DNA of 64,000 nt from Cyanobacteria bacterium P01_A01_bin.123 (GTDB lineage Bacteria; Cyanobacteriota; Cyanobacteriia; Phormidesmidales; Phormidesmidaceae). Location of the stretch: positions 64,001 to 128,000 of the forward strand of contig JBCBZT010000002.1 of assembly GCA_039815185.1 (NCBI GenBank), in the 5' to 3' direction. Within the stretch, counting starts at the first letter, position 1. Each line of letters begins with the position of its first letter. Below, in pieces: positions 27,455 to 38,747 of this stretch. The notes beneath the pieces were generated by a model that did not search any database, was not told the DNA's origin, and saw only the letters and a program-made list of their open reading frames with translations. The position numbers were made by a program, and so were the translations under genes.

Positions 27455-30400
27455 ATGGCTTCAAGCACAGACTACTCTCAAGCATATCAGAAAGCTGAGA
27501 GAGCCTATATGCAAGGCAGCTATGAAGAGGCTGCCGAGGCAATCGACCAGTTGGCAACCGAATATCCAACTGATCCTAATGTCTTGTTACTCCGAGGTCA
27601 TATTTATTGCTATGGTTTACAGCGATATGACATTGCCCGTGAGCAATATGAATCTGTCTTAGGGTTGACCTCTGATCCAGAGTTTATTGACTATGCCAAC
27701 AATGGACTAGCTTATGCCGGACAATTCGCCGATAGTGCTGTTGATGATCATGTTGACTACAGTACAGAAGAGGATTCCATAGGCCTCTATGGCGATGCTC
27801 CAATCGATGATTTTGATTTGGGTGAAGCTGATGCGGCGAGTCAATCGAACGCTGAGGAGAGTGATTGGCAAGAGTCGGCTGCAGCCAGTGCAGGCAGTGA
27901 GTTGTTGGATGAACCCCTTGATTTTGACGATTTAGAGCTGGATCAAACGGAAGCTAATCCCTTTGCCGATGGTTTGGATGGGGTAACAGAGGATGCTATC
28001 GGGTTTGAGGAATTTGGTGATAATCCCTTTGAAACTGATCCGGCAACGGCTTATGCAGACGCTGCTGCTCAAGTCGAATCTGAAGAAGAGCTAACAGAGT
28101 TTCTCGACCCGTTTACAGCAGATTCTGCTCTAGATGAGAGTGCGGATATAGCCGGAGACGCCGCTGTTCTAGATGGGCAGGCGAATGTGGTCGAAGCTGC
28201 CGAAGCATTAGATGATCCATTTTTGTCTGCCCCCTTGGAACCGGATGGAGTGGAGGCATTAACGGATGATCCTGATTTAGGGGAAGTGCCTGCTTTTGAG
28301 ATGGATAACATCCCTGGGCTTGATGAGGGGGATGACTTTGCAGATCCATTTGGTGAACAACCTGTGGCAGCAGGCGAGGAAAATCGCGATGTAGAAGCAG
28401 ATCTTGGCGATTTTGCCATGCCACCAGAGGATGAAGCTACTTTTGGTGCACCTGCGGCGTTTGCTGAAGATTATGGCGACGAGCAAACGCTGTTTATGAG
28501 TGAACCGATTGCGGATGAAGAGGGGTTGGAGGTAGATGAGGTGGTCAGCCCGGAAGCCGATGACCGGGTCAGCCTTGACTTTGAGGTTGAGGATGAAATG
28601 ACGTTTGTGGCCTCATCACAAGCATTAGAAGAAGATAATAACTTTGACGAACCTGAGTTTGACGAGCAAGATTTCTCGGATAATGGCGCGAGTCTGCCAG
28701 ATTTTGAGGAGTCTGAAAGCGGGCAAAGTAATGTTGACTTCTTAGATGAGTTTGATGAATTTGACGATTTAGGTAGCCTGCCTGACTTTGAGCTCTCGGA
28801 TAGCTCGGCTGGGTTTACAACGCCTTCGGTAGGCTCTTCTGGGTTTGGTGGTGGTGGCGAAAGTCCTGCTCATGAAAATAACTCTTCTTTCAATATTGGT
28901 GATAGTGGCGACCAGTCAGCCATTGGGGAAGAAGAGATTTTCACCATTTCTGAAACCAATGAGCAGATGCCCATTTTTACCCAAGGGGATGGGGCTGATG
29001 ACGAGTCCGTTGATGCAGCCAATCAAGGTTGGCTAGCGCCTTTAGAGAATGCATCGCTGGACACAAAGCGGTTAGTGGTGGCGGCAGCTGCCGGGATTGT
29101 CTCTGCGATCGCGGTTGCAGCCGTCAATTTTGGCTTTGCCAGTCGAACCCAAGCACCCAACCAGCCTTCCATGGCATCGAGATTTTATCCTGCTTTCATG
29201 GTTGGGGCCGCAGGGCTCGCCAGCTTTGGGACGGCTTATGGGGTGAGCTACTTTGCGAATCGCCGCGTTAAGCAGACTGTGGAGGAATTGAAAAGCCAGT
29301 TTGATTCTGTCGCTCAAGGCAACCTTTCTGCTCGGGTCAACCTTTACAGTGATGATGATTTCGGGCAGCTGGGTAAGCAGTTTAATCAGATGGCCCGGGG
29401 GATTTTAACCACTACTAGCGAGGCTCAACGCAAAGCCCAAGAGCAAGAGCAGGCAAAAGAAGATTTACAACGCCAGGTGATTCGGCTGCTGGACGATGTG
29501 GAAGGTGCAGCTCGGGGCGATTTGACTGTGCAGGCAGAGGTCACCCCTGACGTTTTGGGAGCCGTTGCTGATTCTTTTAACCTCACCATTCAGAACTTGC
29601 GAGAAATTGTGCAGCAGGTGAGCGTAGCGGCTCGGCAAGTGAGTAAGGGATCCGTGGAAAATGAAATGTTTGCCCGCAGTTTATCCTCTGATGCTCTGCG
29701 CCAAGCAGAAGAGTTGGCGGTAACGCTGAACTCGGTACAGGTGATGACGGATTCGATTCAACGGGTGGCTGAAAGTGCGCGGGAGGCTGAAGAAGTTGCG
29801 CGTTCGGCCTCGTCTACGGCGTTACGTGGCGGTGAAGCAGTGGAGCGTACCGTGGCGGGGATTTTGGAAATCCGTGAAACGGTTGCAGAGACTACCCGTA
29901 AGGTTAAACGCTTAGCCGAATCGTCCCAAGAGATTTCCAAGATTGTGGCGTTGATTTCGCAGATTGCCTCCCGGACTAACTTGTTGGCACTCAACGCTAG
30001 TATTGAAGCAGCCCGCGCTGGTGAAGCTGGAAGAGGGTTTGCGATTGTGGCTGATGAAGTCCGACAGCTGGCTGACCGAGCCGCCAAAGCATCGAAGGAG
30101 ATTGAACAAATCGTTTTACAGATTCAAAGTGAAACGAGCGGGGTGATGACTGCCATGGAAGAAGGAACCCAACAGGTCATTGAAGGGACGCGGTTGGCAG
30201 AGCAAGCGAAGCGATCGCTGGAGGATATCATTCAGGTATCCAATCGCATTGACGTCCTAGTTCGTTCGATTACCTCAGATACCGTCGAACAAACGGAAAC
30301 GTCAAGAGCGGTGGCTCAGGTAATGCAGTCGGTCGAATTAACGGCCCAGGAAACTTCCCAAGAAGCTCAGCGGGTATCAGCTTCTCTGCAAAATCTAGTC

Positions 30401-30469
30401 GGTGTTGCGCGAGATCTGTTGACCTCAGTTGAGCGCTTTAAAGTCGACTCTGCAGGGGAAGGGGTTTGA
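27455..30469 (+). CDS. hmpD: Methyl-accepting chemotaxis protein with N-terminal TPR and acidic region (HmpD/PilJ)
   Basis: TPR start, two TM segments, HAMP domains and MCP core [31 protein letters not shown]. Confidence 0.9.
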   Translation: MASSTDYSQAYQKAERAYMQGSYEEAAEAIDQLATEYPTDPNVLLLRGHIYCYGLQRYDIAREQYESVLGLTSDPEFIDYANNGLAYAGQFADSAVDDHVDYSTEEDSIGLYGDAPIDDFDLGEADAASQSNAEESDWQESAAASAGSELLDEPLDFDDLELDQTEANPFADGLDGVTEDAIGFEEFGDNPFETDPATAYADAAAQVESEEELTEFLDPFTADSALDESADIAGDAAVLDGQANVVEAAEALDDPFLSAPLEPDGVEALTDDPDLGEVPAFEMDNIPGLDEGDDFADPFGEQPVAAGEENRDVEADLGDFAMPPEDEATFGAPAAFAEDYGDEQTLFMSEPIADEEGLEVDEVVSPEADDRVSLDFEVEDEMTFVASSQALEEDNNFDEPEFDEQDFSDNGASLPDFEESESGQSNVDFLDEFDEFDDLGSLPDFELSDSSAGFTTPSVGSSGFGGGGESPAHENNSSFNIGDSGDQSAIGEEEIFTISETNEQMPIFTQGDGADDESVDAANQGWLAPLENASLDTKRLVVAAAAGIVSAIAVAAVNFGFASRTQAPNQPSMASRFYPAFMVGAAGLASFGTAYGVSYFANRRVKQTVEELKSQFDSVAQGNLSARVNLYSDDDFGQLGKQFNQMARGILTTTSEAQRKAQEQEQAKEDLQRQVIRLLDDVEGAARGDLTVQAEVTPDVLGAVADSFNLTIQNLREIVQQVSVAARQVSKGSVENEMFARSLSSDALRQAEELAVTLNSVQVMTDSIQRVAESAREAEEVARSASSTALRGGEAVERTVAGILEIRETVAETTRKVKRLAESSQEISKIVALISQIASRTNLLALNASIEAARAGEAGRGFAIVADEVRQLADRAAKASKEIEQIVLQIQSETSGVMTAMEEGTQQVIEGTRLAEQAKRSLEDIIQVSNRIDVLVRSITSDTVEQTETSRAVAQVMQSVELTAQETSQEAQRVSASLQNLVGVARDLLTSVERFKVDSAGEGV

Positions 30470-30561
30470 GCGAGCATTAAGGGTGGGCTACAAAGTCGGC
30501 AATCAAGTTTACTAGCGCTCCGCCGCTAGAAAAATAACGAAGCATTCAGGGAAAAAACACT

Positions 30562-33500
30562 ATGCAGCCTGAACAACAACAGCGAATCATGGGCTACTTC
30601 ATTGAGGAGGCCAAAGATCACCTCAATACGATTGAGCAAGGTTTGCTGAATCTTCAGGCAACAATTGGGGATGCCGAGATGGCCAACGAAGTATTTCGGG
30701 CGGCCCACTCCGTTAAAGGCGGGGCGGCGATGTTGGGGCTTGACAGCATCCAGCAAACTTCCCACCGCATGGAAGACTACTTTAAAATTCTCAAGGAGTC
30801 TCCGGTTCAGGTGGATCGGGCCCTAGAAACGATGTTTCTGCAAGTGTTTGATGCGCTGCAAGACTTACTCGACCAACTCCAAGGGCCTTTTGGGTTAACT
30901 GACGACAAAGCCCAGGAGATCATGACCAACGTTGAGCCAGTGTTTGGGCAAATTAGTACCCATCTGGATCAGCTCGTCGCCCAAGGGGCTTCGGCACCGT
31001 TGGCATCGCCTACCGCTCCCCCTCAAGTTGCTTCACCTGCAGCTACTCAAAGATCTGGTGTCGCCTATTCCGAGCAGAGTGCTTTGACCTTGGTGTTTAG
31101 AAGCGATGTGCCAGGGCATCTGCGGGATGTGTTGAATCTGTTCAAGCAAGCCGACAATGCCTCGACCCGTCAGCAACTGCAAGATTTGTGCGACACCTTG
31201 CATCGGATTGGCGAGCAGTTTGAACTAGCGCCGTGGTGTGACCTTGTGAAAACTGTACGGTTGGCGATTACAAGCCCAGAGAACAGCTATCGCAATCTCG
31301 CCCCAGTTGTGATCAAGGATTTGAAAAAAGGTCAAGACTTAGTCGTTGTCGGCAGGAGTGCCGAAGTGGCTGTTTCTGATGCGCTACAGGCTATGCTGCC
31401 AGAGGACGTGCTAGAGCTAGACGCAGCTTCTGATCTGGATGCATTGCTAGATGAAGCCTTGGACGAATCCCTGGAAGAACCGGATTTGAATGACTTGTTC
31501 GACGCGACAGCAGAACAAGTCGTTGAAGATCTGGCGTTTGAAGATCCTGGTGCTGACATATCGACCGATTCGTCAGAACTGGGCTTGGATGAACTCGACG
31601 GACTAGAAGCTTCTGATGCGGGGGATTTCGATGCCCTTTTTGGCGAAGCCGGTATGGCTACTCTAGACGGCGAGGGGATTAGTGGTGATAGTCACAGTTC
31701 CTTAAAATCCGGGCCAGAGGTAGGAACGGCCGAGCTAAATAGTCTGGCTGATTTGTTTGAAGGAGAAGGGGCCGACTTCAGTGATGCATGGCAAGAGGAA
31801 ACAGTGACCAGTGATGTCACTGTCTCTGCCAATGATTCAATGGATGTGGACATTACCAGTGATTTTTCAGATCTGTTACTGTCGGACGAAGCGGATGAGT
31901 CAGCTTCGTCGACAGAAGAAGAAGACCTCGCCGATTTGTTTGGCGACACCCTATTCGATACCCCTGAGGATAGTGCTGAAGCCAACGCTGATAGCCTAGA
32001 CAGGTTAGATATAGGGGCCGATTCTGATCTCATTGATCTTGAACCATCAGCACTCGAACCATTGGCAGCGGCTCCGTCAGAAACCTCGGCTGCTGATCTG
32101 TCAGAATTTGATGCCGCCACAGGCGAGTTTGATTTGGAGATGGCTGCAGATGATCTGGCTGATCTGGAACCCTCGGCAGTTGAATCTCCAGAACTTGAGT
32201 TCCCAGAGGAGCAACCGATTCGTGAGAGTGGGAGCTCCGACCTGGATGATTTACTGGCAGCAGACCCCGCTGTCCAATCGGGATCTGCTGATGTTGCAGA
32301 GGCTAGTGATGCTGAGATTGATGAACTGTTTGCGATCGCGGATCAGCCCCTTTCACCGGATGATCAGGGTGCAACTCCTGCTGCGGATGGTTTAGACGAT
32401 CTGCTGAGTACTACGGATACAGATGATGTTGAGGGTTTTGTTGAAGACATACCCGAGGCTGCTGCTCTATTAGAGGATAAACTGGGGGATCCGTGGGAAG
32501 ACGATGCGGCTCCAGAGGGGGGAACTGGCTCCCTAGCGGATCTAAGTGAGTTCGACGATTTGATTGCAGCGGCTGAGACACCCGCTACAGCAGCCAATGA
32601 TGAGGTTACAAACCAGCCTGTTGATGATGCATTAGCCGATCTGTTTGCATCGGATACTGAAACTGAAGCTGATTTAGACCTAAGCGACTTAGAAGAACCT
32701 GGGGTAGGCAGTGTTGATGATTTTGATTTATCTGTAACTGGCCAGGCAGATGGAATAGGAACTCTCGATCATGACTTCGATTTAGGTCTAGATGCTTTGG
32801 ATGCTGCTGTCGAGGAATCCGCTGAGTCATCTCAGGAGTTAGCCGATCTCAACTTTGGAGACTCAGGATTTGACGCTCAAGAAGCTTCCCCAGAAGAGAG
32901 CCTAGATTTTGATTTGTCTTCTCCTGAACCTCAGGAAGCTGCTTTAGAAGCAGGTCTAGACTTTGGTGATCTATCCACCCCTGAACCTACTGAAGTGAGT
33001 GAAGACAACTTAGATTTCGATGCCCTAATCGAGGGGGGAGAGACGAGTCAATCTGACGGTGAACTTGGCTTAGATGACCTGGCAATACCTGAGGATGAAC
33101 AAGCAGAAGATATTGAAGTAGCAGAAACATCAGATCTAGAGGCGTCGCTAGGCTTTGACCTAGATATGCCCGAACTGGCTGCCCCTTCGACTGTAGCGGC
33201 TCCCAATTTTGACGATTTGGGCTTTGATGATGGGACTCCAATCGATGAGTCTGATTTCGATACCAATACAGAGAATGTAGCGTTTGACGATTTAGATTTA
33301 GAGGAGATCGTGGCTGACGGGACTAGCTCCCCAGCGGTTGGTGATGATTTTGATTTAGGTGGTGAGTCAGTCGATGACTTAGCGCTCAGTGGAACCCCAA
33401 TACCTGATTCATTACTAGACGAGCTTGATCTGCCTGAGTCTGAAGCACTTGATCTGGGAACTTCCGATACGGATACTGCATTGGCTGCTGAGGCTAATGA

Positions 33501-36500
33501 GCTTGACCTTTCAGATCTGGCCCCTGAAAGTGCCCCCAACCTAGACGCTGCACTGGGTTCTTTTGATGTCGTAGAGTCCTCGCCTGAGACGATGGTAGAT
33601 AGAGTGACGGAAACCGTTGTCCAAGCAGAAACAGAAGATAACTTCTTTGACCTAGAGAGTGACTCAGAAATTTCGCTAGCGGGTGGCGATGACATAGACG
33701 ATTTCTTTAACTTAGCGGAGGCTGGCAGCGAGGCGAATCCAGAAGATTTAGATTTCTCCGACGCCGAAATTGGAACCGCAGCTGAGGCCATATCGGTTAG
33801 TGATGATAGTCTGTCTGCCGATACCTTACTCAGTGCTGGTAATGTCCCCGCTGAGGATGTTGATTTGGATCTGGCTCTGGACGATCTTAGTGCCGATGAT
33901 CTAGCCAGTGTTGATGTCGAGGACACGTCTGCTGGGGATGTTGATTTGGATCTGTCTTTAGACGATGTCGGGCCCGACGATTTGGCCAGTGCTGACGTTG
34001 AGGATACACCCGCTGCGGATGGCGATTTGGATCTGTCTCTGGACGATCTTAGTGGGGATGATTTAGCCAGTGATGAGGTTGAGGATACCCCGGCTGATGG
34101 TGGCGATTTGGATTTGGGCATGGATTTTAATGCCGATGACTTAGCCAGTGTTGAGGTTGAGGACGCGCCCGCTGAGAATAGTGATTTGGATTTGGATCTA
34201 GACGACATCGGTGCTGATGATTTAGCTGGTGATAATTTAGCCAGTGTTGAAATTGAGGACACACCTGCTGCAGAGGGTGATTTGGATCTGGTCATGGATC
34301 TCAATACCGATGATTTAGCCAGTGCCGATAGTGGGGCGGTAGCTTCAGAGAGCGCAGATTTGGGCGATGTTACCTTTGATGATCTCGATGGTTTGCTGGA
34401 CGATGATCCTGGAGTGACAGATTTACCACTAGCCGTTGAGGATGAAGTCGCCTCAACAAGCGAGATCGCTAGCGATAATGTAGGCGATGCCGACGATGGT
34501 GATGCTGCTGGGTTTGATGATTTAGACGCGCTCCTAGAGGATGGCGATCGCTTTGCAGTGGCAGCGACTGCTGAGGCTGATGATTTTGGTGGGGGTGATT
34601 TTGATGGATTAGACGCACTCCTCGAGGATGATCAATCTTCAGATATCGTGAGTGGCTTTCCCGACGATAGTGATCTTGGGAATAGCGATGACGAGTTTGG
34701 TGATTTAGAGCGGCTACTCGAAGAGGCCGATCAAAGTCTTGGTGGTGGCCAAAGTGCTAGCATGCGGCGGACAACAACGCAGTCAAGTCGTCGCACTGCT
34801 CGTCGAGGAAGCAGCGGGGGATTGGGTGATCAAAACATGCGGGTTTCGGTGAAGCACCTCGATAACCTGAGCAATTTGGTTGGAGAATTGGTGGTCAACC
34901 GCAACACGCTAGAGCAAGACCAAGAGCGACTACGACAGTTTCTCGACAACCTGTTGTTTCAAGTGCAGCAGCTGAATGACGTAGGTCAGCGAATGCGGGA
35001 TCTCTACGAGCGATCGCTGCTGGAAAGTTCCCTGATTTCCAGCCGCCAAGCTTATCAGATGTCAGGAAGCAGTCGTAATCGGCCAGCATCCATTGCCGAT
35101 GCTGATGCGAGTCATTCTACCGGCGCTACCTTTGACGCGCTAGAGATGGATCGCTTTACTGGCTTTCATACCCTTTCGCAAGAGATGATCGAACTGATTG
35201 TTAGGGTCCGCGAGTCATCCTCTGACATTGCCTACACGATTGAGTCTTCTGATCAGGTGACGCGCCAGTTCAGACAGGTAACAACCCAGCTGCAAGAAGG
35301 CCTAAATAAGGCTCGCATGGTGCCTTTTGCTCAGACCGCTGATCGCCTGCCACGGGCAGTGCGTGACATTTCCATGAAATTTGGTAAGGAAGCTCGCTTG
35401 GTGGTCGAAGGCCGCGACACCTTGATCGACAAGATGATTTTGGAGCAACTGTATGACCCGATGACCCATCTGGTCAATAACGCCATCACCCACGGGATTG
35501 AAACCCCAGCAGAGCGCCTTGCCGCAGGTAAAGGGCAAGAAGGAACAATCACCATTCGGGCTTTTTACCAAGGGAACCAGACGGTGATATATGTTGCCGA
35601 TGACGGTGCTGGCATTAACCACAACATGGTGAAGCGTAAAGCCATGCAAAAGGGCTTAATCACCCAGCAAGAAGCCCGCAATATGGCAGTTCATGAGGTC
35701 TATGAGCTGCTATATCACCCAGGCTTTAGCACCCGCGATCAAGCAGATGACTTTGCGGGTCGGGGCGTTGGTATGGACGTTGTACGCACCTACTTGGCTC
35801 AAATTCGCGGTACGATTACCACCGATTCGGAGATCGGCAGGGGGACTAGCTTTACCATTCGACTGCCGCTGACCCTGAGTATTTCCAAAGCTTTGAGCTG
35901 TGTCAGCAACCAAGCCCGCATTGCTTTTCCGATGGATGGGGTTGAAGATATGTTGGATGTGCCCCAAGAGCGGGTGCAAGTCAATGACCGCGGTCAATCC
36001 TGTATTCTTTGGCGTGATACGTTGCTCCCATTCCAGCCGCTGTCTGATCTGTTGACCTTCAATCGAACTTTGGGTCGAGGCCGGGTATATGGCGGCAACC
36101 AAGACGATGAGATCATCTCAGTGGTGGTGTTGCGTAGCGCCAATACCAACATTGCCCTCCAGGTCGATCAGGTGATTGGCGAACAAGAGATTGTGATCAA
36201 ACAACTGGAAGGCCCAGTGCCTAAGCCTGTCGGGATTGCAGGGGCAACGGTGTTGGGGGATGGACGAGTTATGCCGATTGCCGATGTGTTGGAGCTAATC
36301 GATCTGTCGATGGGGCGGGTACGCCGCGAACCCTCTACGTCACTTTGGACGCAAGAAGAAGCGCTGCTTGATGAGGTGGCCGTTCCGGCTAAGAGCGAGC
36401 CAACAGTGCTGATTGTGGATGACTCTATTACGGTACGAGAGCTGCTCTCTATGAGCTTTAATAAGGTCGGTTACCGGGTTGAACAGGCACGGGATGGCCA

Positions 36501-36813
36501 AGAAGCTTGGGAAAAACTCCGCTCTGGATTACCCTGTGATCTGGTTTTCTGTGACATTGAGATGCCGCGCATGGATGGTCTAGAGTTGCTATCCCGCATG
36601 CAAAAAGATACCGGTTTGAGCAAGATCCCGATTGCGATGTTGACGTCCCGAGGGGCAGATCGTCACCGTCAAATGGCCGTCGATTTGGGGGCCAATGGTT
36701 ACTTTACAAAGCCCTATTTGGAAGAAGCGCTGCTTGATGCGGCTCAGCGCATGCTCAATGGTGAAATGCTAGTGGGCAAAAAGACCGGGACACCGGATGC
36801 TAACGGTAACTAA
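30562..36813 (+). CDS. hmpE: CheA-like hybrid histidine kinase (HmpE/PilL): Hpt, acidic linker, HATPase, CheW, receiver
   Basis: FRAAHSVKGGA, HLVNNAITHG, DDGAG and GRGVGMDVV motifs, plus a C-terminal receiver. Confidence 0.92.
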   Translation: MQPEQQQRIMGYFIEEAKDHLNTIEQGLLNLQATIGDAEMANEVFRAAHSVKGGAAMLGLDSIQQTSHRMEDYFKILKESPVQVDRALETMFLQVFDALQDLLDQLQGPFGLTDDKAQEIMTNVEPVFGQISTHLDQLVAQGASAPLASPTAPPQVASPAATQRSGVAYSEQSALTLVFRSDVPGHLRDVLNLFKQADNASTRQQLQDLCDTLHRIGEQFELAPWCDLVKTVRLAITSPENSYRNLAPVVIKDLKKGQDLVVVGRSAEVAVSDALQAMLPEDVLELDAASDLDALLDEALDESLEEPDLNDLFDATAEQVVEDLAFEDPGADISTDSSELGLDELDGLEASDAGDFDALFGEAGMATLDGEGISGDSHSSLKSGPEVGTAELNSLADLFEGEGADFSDAWQEETVTSDVTVSANDSMDVDITSDFSDLLLSDEADESASSTEEEDLADLFGDTLFDTPEDSAEANADSLDRLDIGADSDLIDLEPSALEPLAAAPSETSAADLSEFDAATGEFDLEMAADDLADLEPSAVESPELEFPEEQPIRESGSSDLDDLLAADPAVQSGSADVAEASDAEIDELFAIADQPLSPDDQGATPAADGLDDLLSTTDTDDVEGFVEDIPEAAALLEDKLGDPWEDDAAPEGGTGSLADLSEFDDLIAAAETPATAANDEVTNQPVDDALADLFASDTETEADLDLSDLEEPGVGSVDDFDLSVTGQADGIGTLDHDFDLGLDALDAAVEESAESSQELADLNFGDSGFDAQEASPEESLDFDLSSPEPQEAALEAGLDFGDLSTPEPTEVSEDNLDFDALIEGGETSQSDGELGLDDLAIPEDEQAEDIEVAETSDLEASLGFDLDMPELAAPSTVAAPNFDDLGFDDGTPIDESDFDTNTENVAFDDLDLEEIVADGTSSPAVGDDFDLGGESVDDLALSGTPIPDSLLDELDLPESEALDLGTSDTDTALAAEANELDLSDLAPESAPNLDAALGSFDVVESSPETMVDRVTETVVQAETEDNFFDLESDSEISLAGGDDIDDFFNLAEAGSEANPEDLDFSDAEIGTAAEAISVSDDSLSADTLLSAGNVPAEDVDLDLALDDLSADDLASVDVEDTSAGDVDLDLSLDDVGPDDLASADVEDTPAADGDLDLSLDDLSGDDLASDEVEDTPADGGDLDLGMDFNADDLASVEVEDAPAENSDLDLDLDDIGADDLAGDNLASVEIEDTPAAEGDLDLVMDLNTDDLASADSGAVASESADLGDVTFDDLDGLLDDDPGVTDLPLAVEDEVASTSEIASDNVGDADDGDAAGFDDLDALLEDGDRFAVAATAEADDFGGGDFDGLDALLEDDQSSDIVSGFPDDSDLGNSDDEFGDLERLLEEADQSLGGGQSASMRRTTTQSSRRTARRGSSGGLGDQNMRVSVKHLDNLSNLVGELVVNRNTLEQDQERLRQFLDNLLFQVQQLNDVGQRMRDLYERSLLESSLISSRQAYQMSGSSRNRPASIADADASHSTGATFDALEMDRFTGFHTLSQEMIELIVRVRESSSDIAYTIESSDQVTRQFRQVTTQLQEGLNKARMVPFAQTADRLPRAVRDISMKFGKEARLVVEGRDTLIDKMILEQLYDPMTHLVNNAITHGIETPAERLAAGKGQEGTITIRAFYQGNQTVIYVADDGAGINHNMVKRKAMQKGLITQQEARNMAVHEVYELLYHPGFSTRDQADDFAGRGVGMDVVRTYLAQIRGTITTDSEIGRGTSFTIRLPLTLSISKALSCVSNQARIAFPMDGVEDMLDVPQERVQVNDRGQSCILWRDTLLPFQPLSDLLTFNRTLGRGRVYGGNQDDEIISVVVLRSANTNIALQVDQVIGEQEIVIKQLEGPVPKPVGIAGATVLGDGRVMPIADVLELIDLSMGRVRREPSTSLWTQEEALLDEVAVPAKSEPTVLIVDDSITVRELLSMSFNKVGYRVEQARDGQEAWEKLRSGLPCDLVFCDIEMPRMDGLELLSRMQKDTGLSKIPIAMLTSRGADRHRQMAVDLGANGYFTKPYLEEALLDAAQRMLNGEMLVGKKTGTPDANGN
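33847..34329 (+). repeat. About six degenerate ~81-bp (27-aa) tandem coding repeats inside hmpE
   Basis: Repeated PAEDVDLDLALDDLSADDLASVDVEDT-like units. Confidence 0.85.
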
Positions 36814-37013
36814 ACCCTATCCCACACGAATAACAATAGGGCTGTCAAGATCATGCCTGTGGCAGCACAAAAGCCCATAGCAACTCCGAGGGGTATCTCG
36901 ATAGAGCGAAAGGTGAGAAATTTAATCGCAATCGGGGTCGCGTTTTGAACTGAAATCACAGCCATTGCTGCAATCCAAAGCCCCGGAACGAGACCGAGCA
37001 AAAGCTTGTTCAT
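36810..37013 (-). CDS. Small membrane protein (LapA/DUF1049-like)
   Basis: Two TM segments around SVQNATPIAIKFLTFRSIEIPLG. Confidence 0.75.
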   Translation of the reverse strand: MNKLLLGLVPGLWIAAMAVISVQNATPIAIKFLTFRSIEIPLGVAMGFCAATGMILTALLLFVWDRV

Positions 37014-38014
37014 GGTCGTAGTCCTGAGTCAATCGGTAGCGTGCTGCCCTTGGGTTCCACAATATTTTGGGCTAATTCTAACCCTTTTCGGGGTGAGGGT
37101 TGGACTGGAGGGGAATGGTTTTGATTGGCCTGGGTGACTTCGATATAGATATGTTCGAGGCGAACCGGGTGGCGGGAAATTGAGTCGATGGGAATACCGT
37201 CAAAGCAATCGAAAAGCTCTCGCAGTTCTAGCAGCTTAGGAACCCAAAAGGCTAATTCTGAACCATAGCGTCGGGGAATGAAGCCCCACGATTGAGCTTT
37301 TTGAATGGCAGCTTCTTCCTCGCGAGTTTCAATTAACACAATCTCTTGAGCCGGGACTCGGCGTCGCAAATCTGAGAGACAACCTTCTGCCAGCAGTTTC
37401 CCCTGCTTGATGATGCCGATGCGCTGACATAGGCGTTCAGCTTCTTCTAGTAGATGGGTGGTGAGTAATACCGTGACCCCTTGTTTTTTCAAGGTGCGAA
37501 TCAGCTCCCACACTTCGTAGCGGGCTTCAATGTCGAGACCTGTGGTGGGCTCATCCAGGATTACGAGTCGGGGGTGATGAATTAACGCGATCGCGATGCT
37601 GAGTCGTCGCTGCATGCCGCCACTAAGGGATTCTACAGGACTGTGGGTGCGATCGCTCAAGTTCACTGCGGCTAAACACTCTCGAATCCGATGACCCCGT
37701 ACAGCCCGGGACAACCCGTAAACTTGCCCAAAAAATGACAAATTTTCGGCACAGGTCAAACTCCGATAGAGCAGATTTTCTTGAGGGACGACACCAATTA
37801 GAGATTTTGTGGTGTTAGAGGCGGGTTGTCCATTAATGTAAACCTGCCCTGTGTCGGCTTTGAGCAAACCACATAAAAGGTTGATTGTGGTGGTTTTGCC
37901 TGCCCCATTAGGACCGAGTAGACCATAGACTTCGCCTGTTGCAATCTTTAAGGACAAATCCTGCAGCATAGGACGCTTTTTGTAGGACTTGCTGAGCCCT
38001 TCGATCCGCACCAT
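37010..38014 (-). CDS. ABC-2 type transporter ATP-binding protein
   Basis: GPNGAGKTT, LSGGMQRR, ILDEPT and TTH motifs. ATG at 38014 preferred. Confidence 0.9.
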   Translation of the reverse strand: MVRIEGLSKSYKKRPMLQDLSLKIATGEVYGLLGPNGAGKTTTINLLCGLLKADTGQVYINGQPASNTTKSLIGVVPQENLLYRSLTCAENLSFFGQVYGLSRAVRGHRIRECLAAVNLSDRTHSPVESLSGGMQRRLSIAIALIHHPRLVILDEPTTGLDIEARYEVWELIRTLKKQGVTVLLTTHLLEEAERLCQRIGIIKQGKLLAEGCLSDLRRRVPAQEIVLIETREEEAAIQKAQSWGFIPRRYGSELAFWVPKLLELRELFDCFDGIPIDSISRHPVRLEHIYIEVTQANQNHSPPVQPSPRKGLELAQNIVEPKGSTLPIDSGLRP

Positions 38015-38357
38015 AAAATTGTTCACGCAGTTGGTGTTGTCTCCTGAAGTGACTTGATTTAAATTAAGCGTTCGCTTCCGGTAGTCTAGCCCAAATTGTC
38101 TGAGGGATTTGACATGAAACGCGCAACAGCCTGAGATCGCCTTGGAGAGGCAATTAATCCTGAGCCAGGAGTCAGTGGGCAGGCGCCAGAAAAACAATCA
38201 TTCTGGATTCCAACGCCTATATTCTTTTGTATTATTTTCTACCCCAAGCATGCTGACCCAAGTAGATCTCCAAACGATTGGTTTAAACTGAGATGACGGT
38301 GCTTGTCAGGGTTTGTGCCTTGAGCGTTAGTCAACCTTTGCCCTGAAGAATTCCACG

Positions 38358-38747
38358 ATGGCTGATCAAAAAAATGCGATTTTGGCGGTAAATCAGGCTT
38401 TTTATCGGGCCTTTGAGAAGAAAGATTTGACTGCGATGGAGTCGGTGTGGTCCCAAGGTATTGGCTGCCTTTGCATCCACCCTGGACGAGATGCCCTCAA
38501 GGGCTGGCAGGCGGTTCGAGAATCGTGGCAGCAAATCTTCAAGCACACTAAATATTTAGAAATTGATACCGAAATTATTACAGTAGAGGCCAGTGCTGAT
38601 TTAGCCTATGTCGTGCAAATCGAAAATGTGCTGCAGATTAGTGGCGATCGCCGTCTAGACGCGAAATCGATGGGTACAAATATATTTGAGCAGATGGGGG
38701 GACAGTGGTATCTGGTTCATCACCATGGCAGTCCCCTGGTGGGTTAG
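38358..38747 (+). CDS. SnoaL-like/NTF2 family protein
   Basis: NQAFYRAF, CIHPG and WYLVHHHGSP motifs. Confidence 0.88.
   Translation: MADQKNAILAVNQAFYRAFEKKDLTAMESVWSQGIGCLCIHPGRDALKGWQAVRESWQQIFKHTKYLEIDTEIITVEASADLAYVVQIENVLQISGDRRLDAKSMGTNIFEQMGGQWYLVHHHGSPLVG

Noticed and set aside
33048..34304. 418-aa Ser-rich ORF antisense to hmpE
   Set aside because: Shadow frame of the Asp/Leu-rich low-complexity linker.
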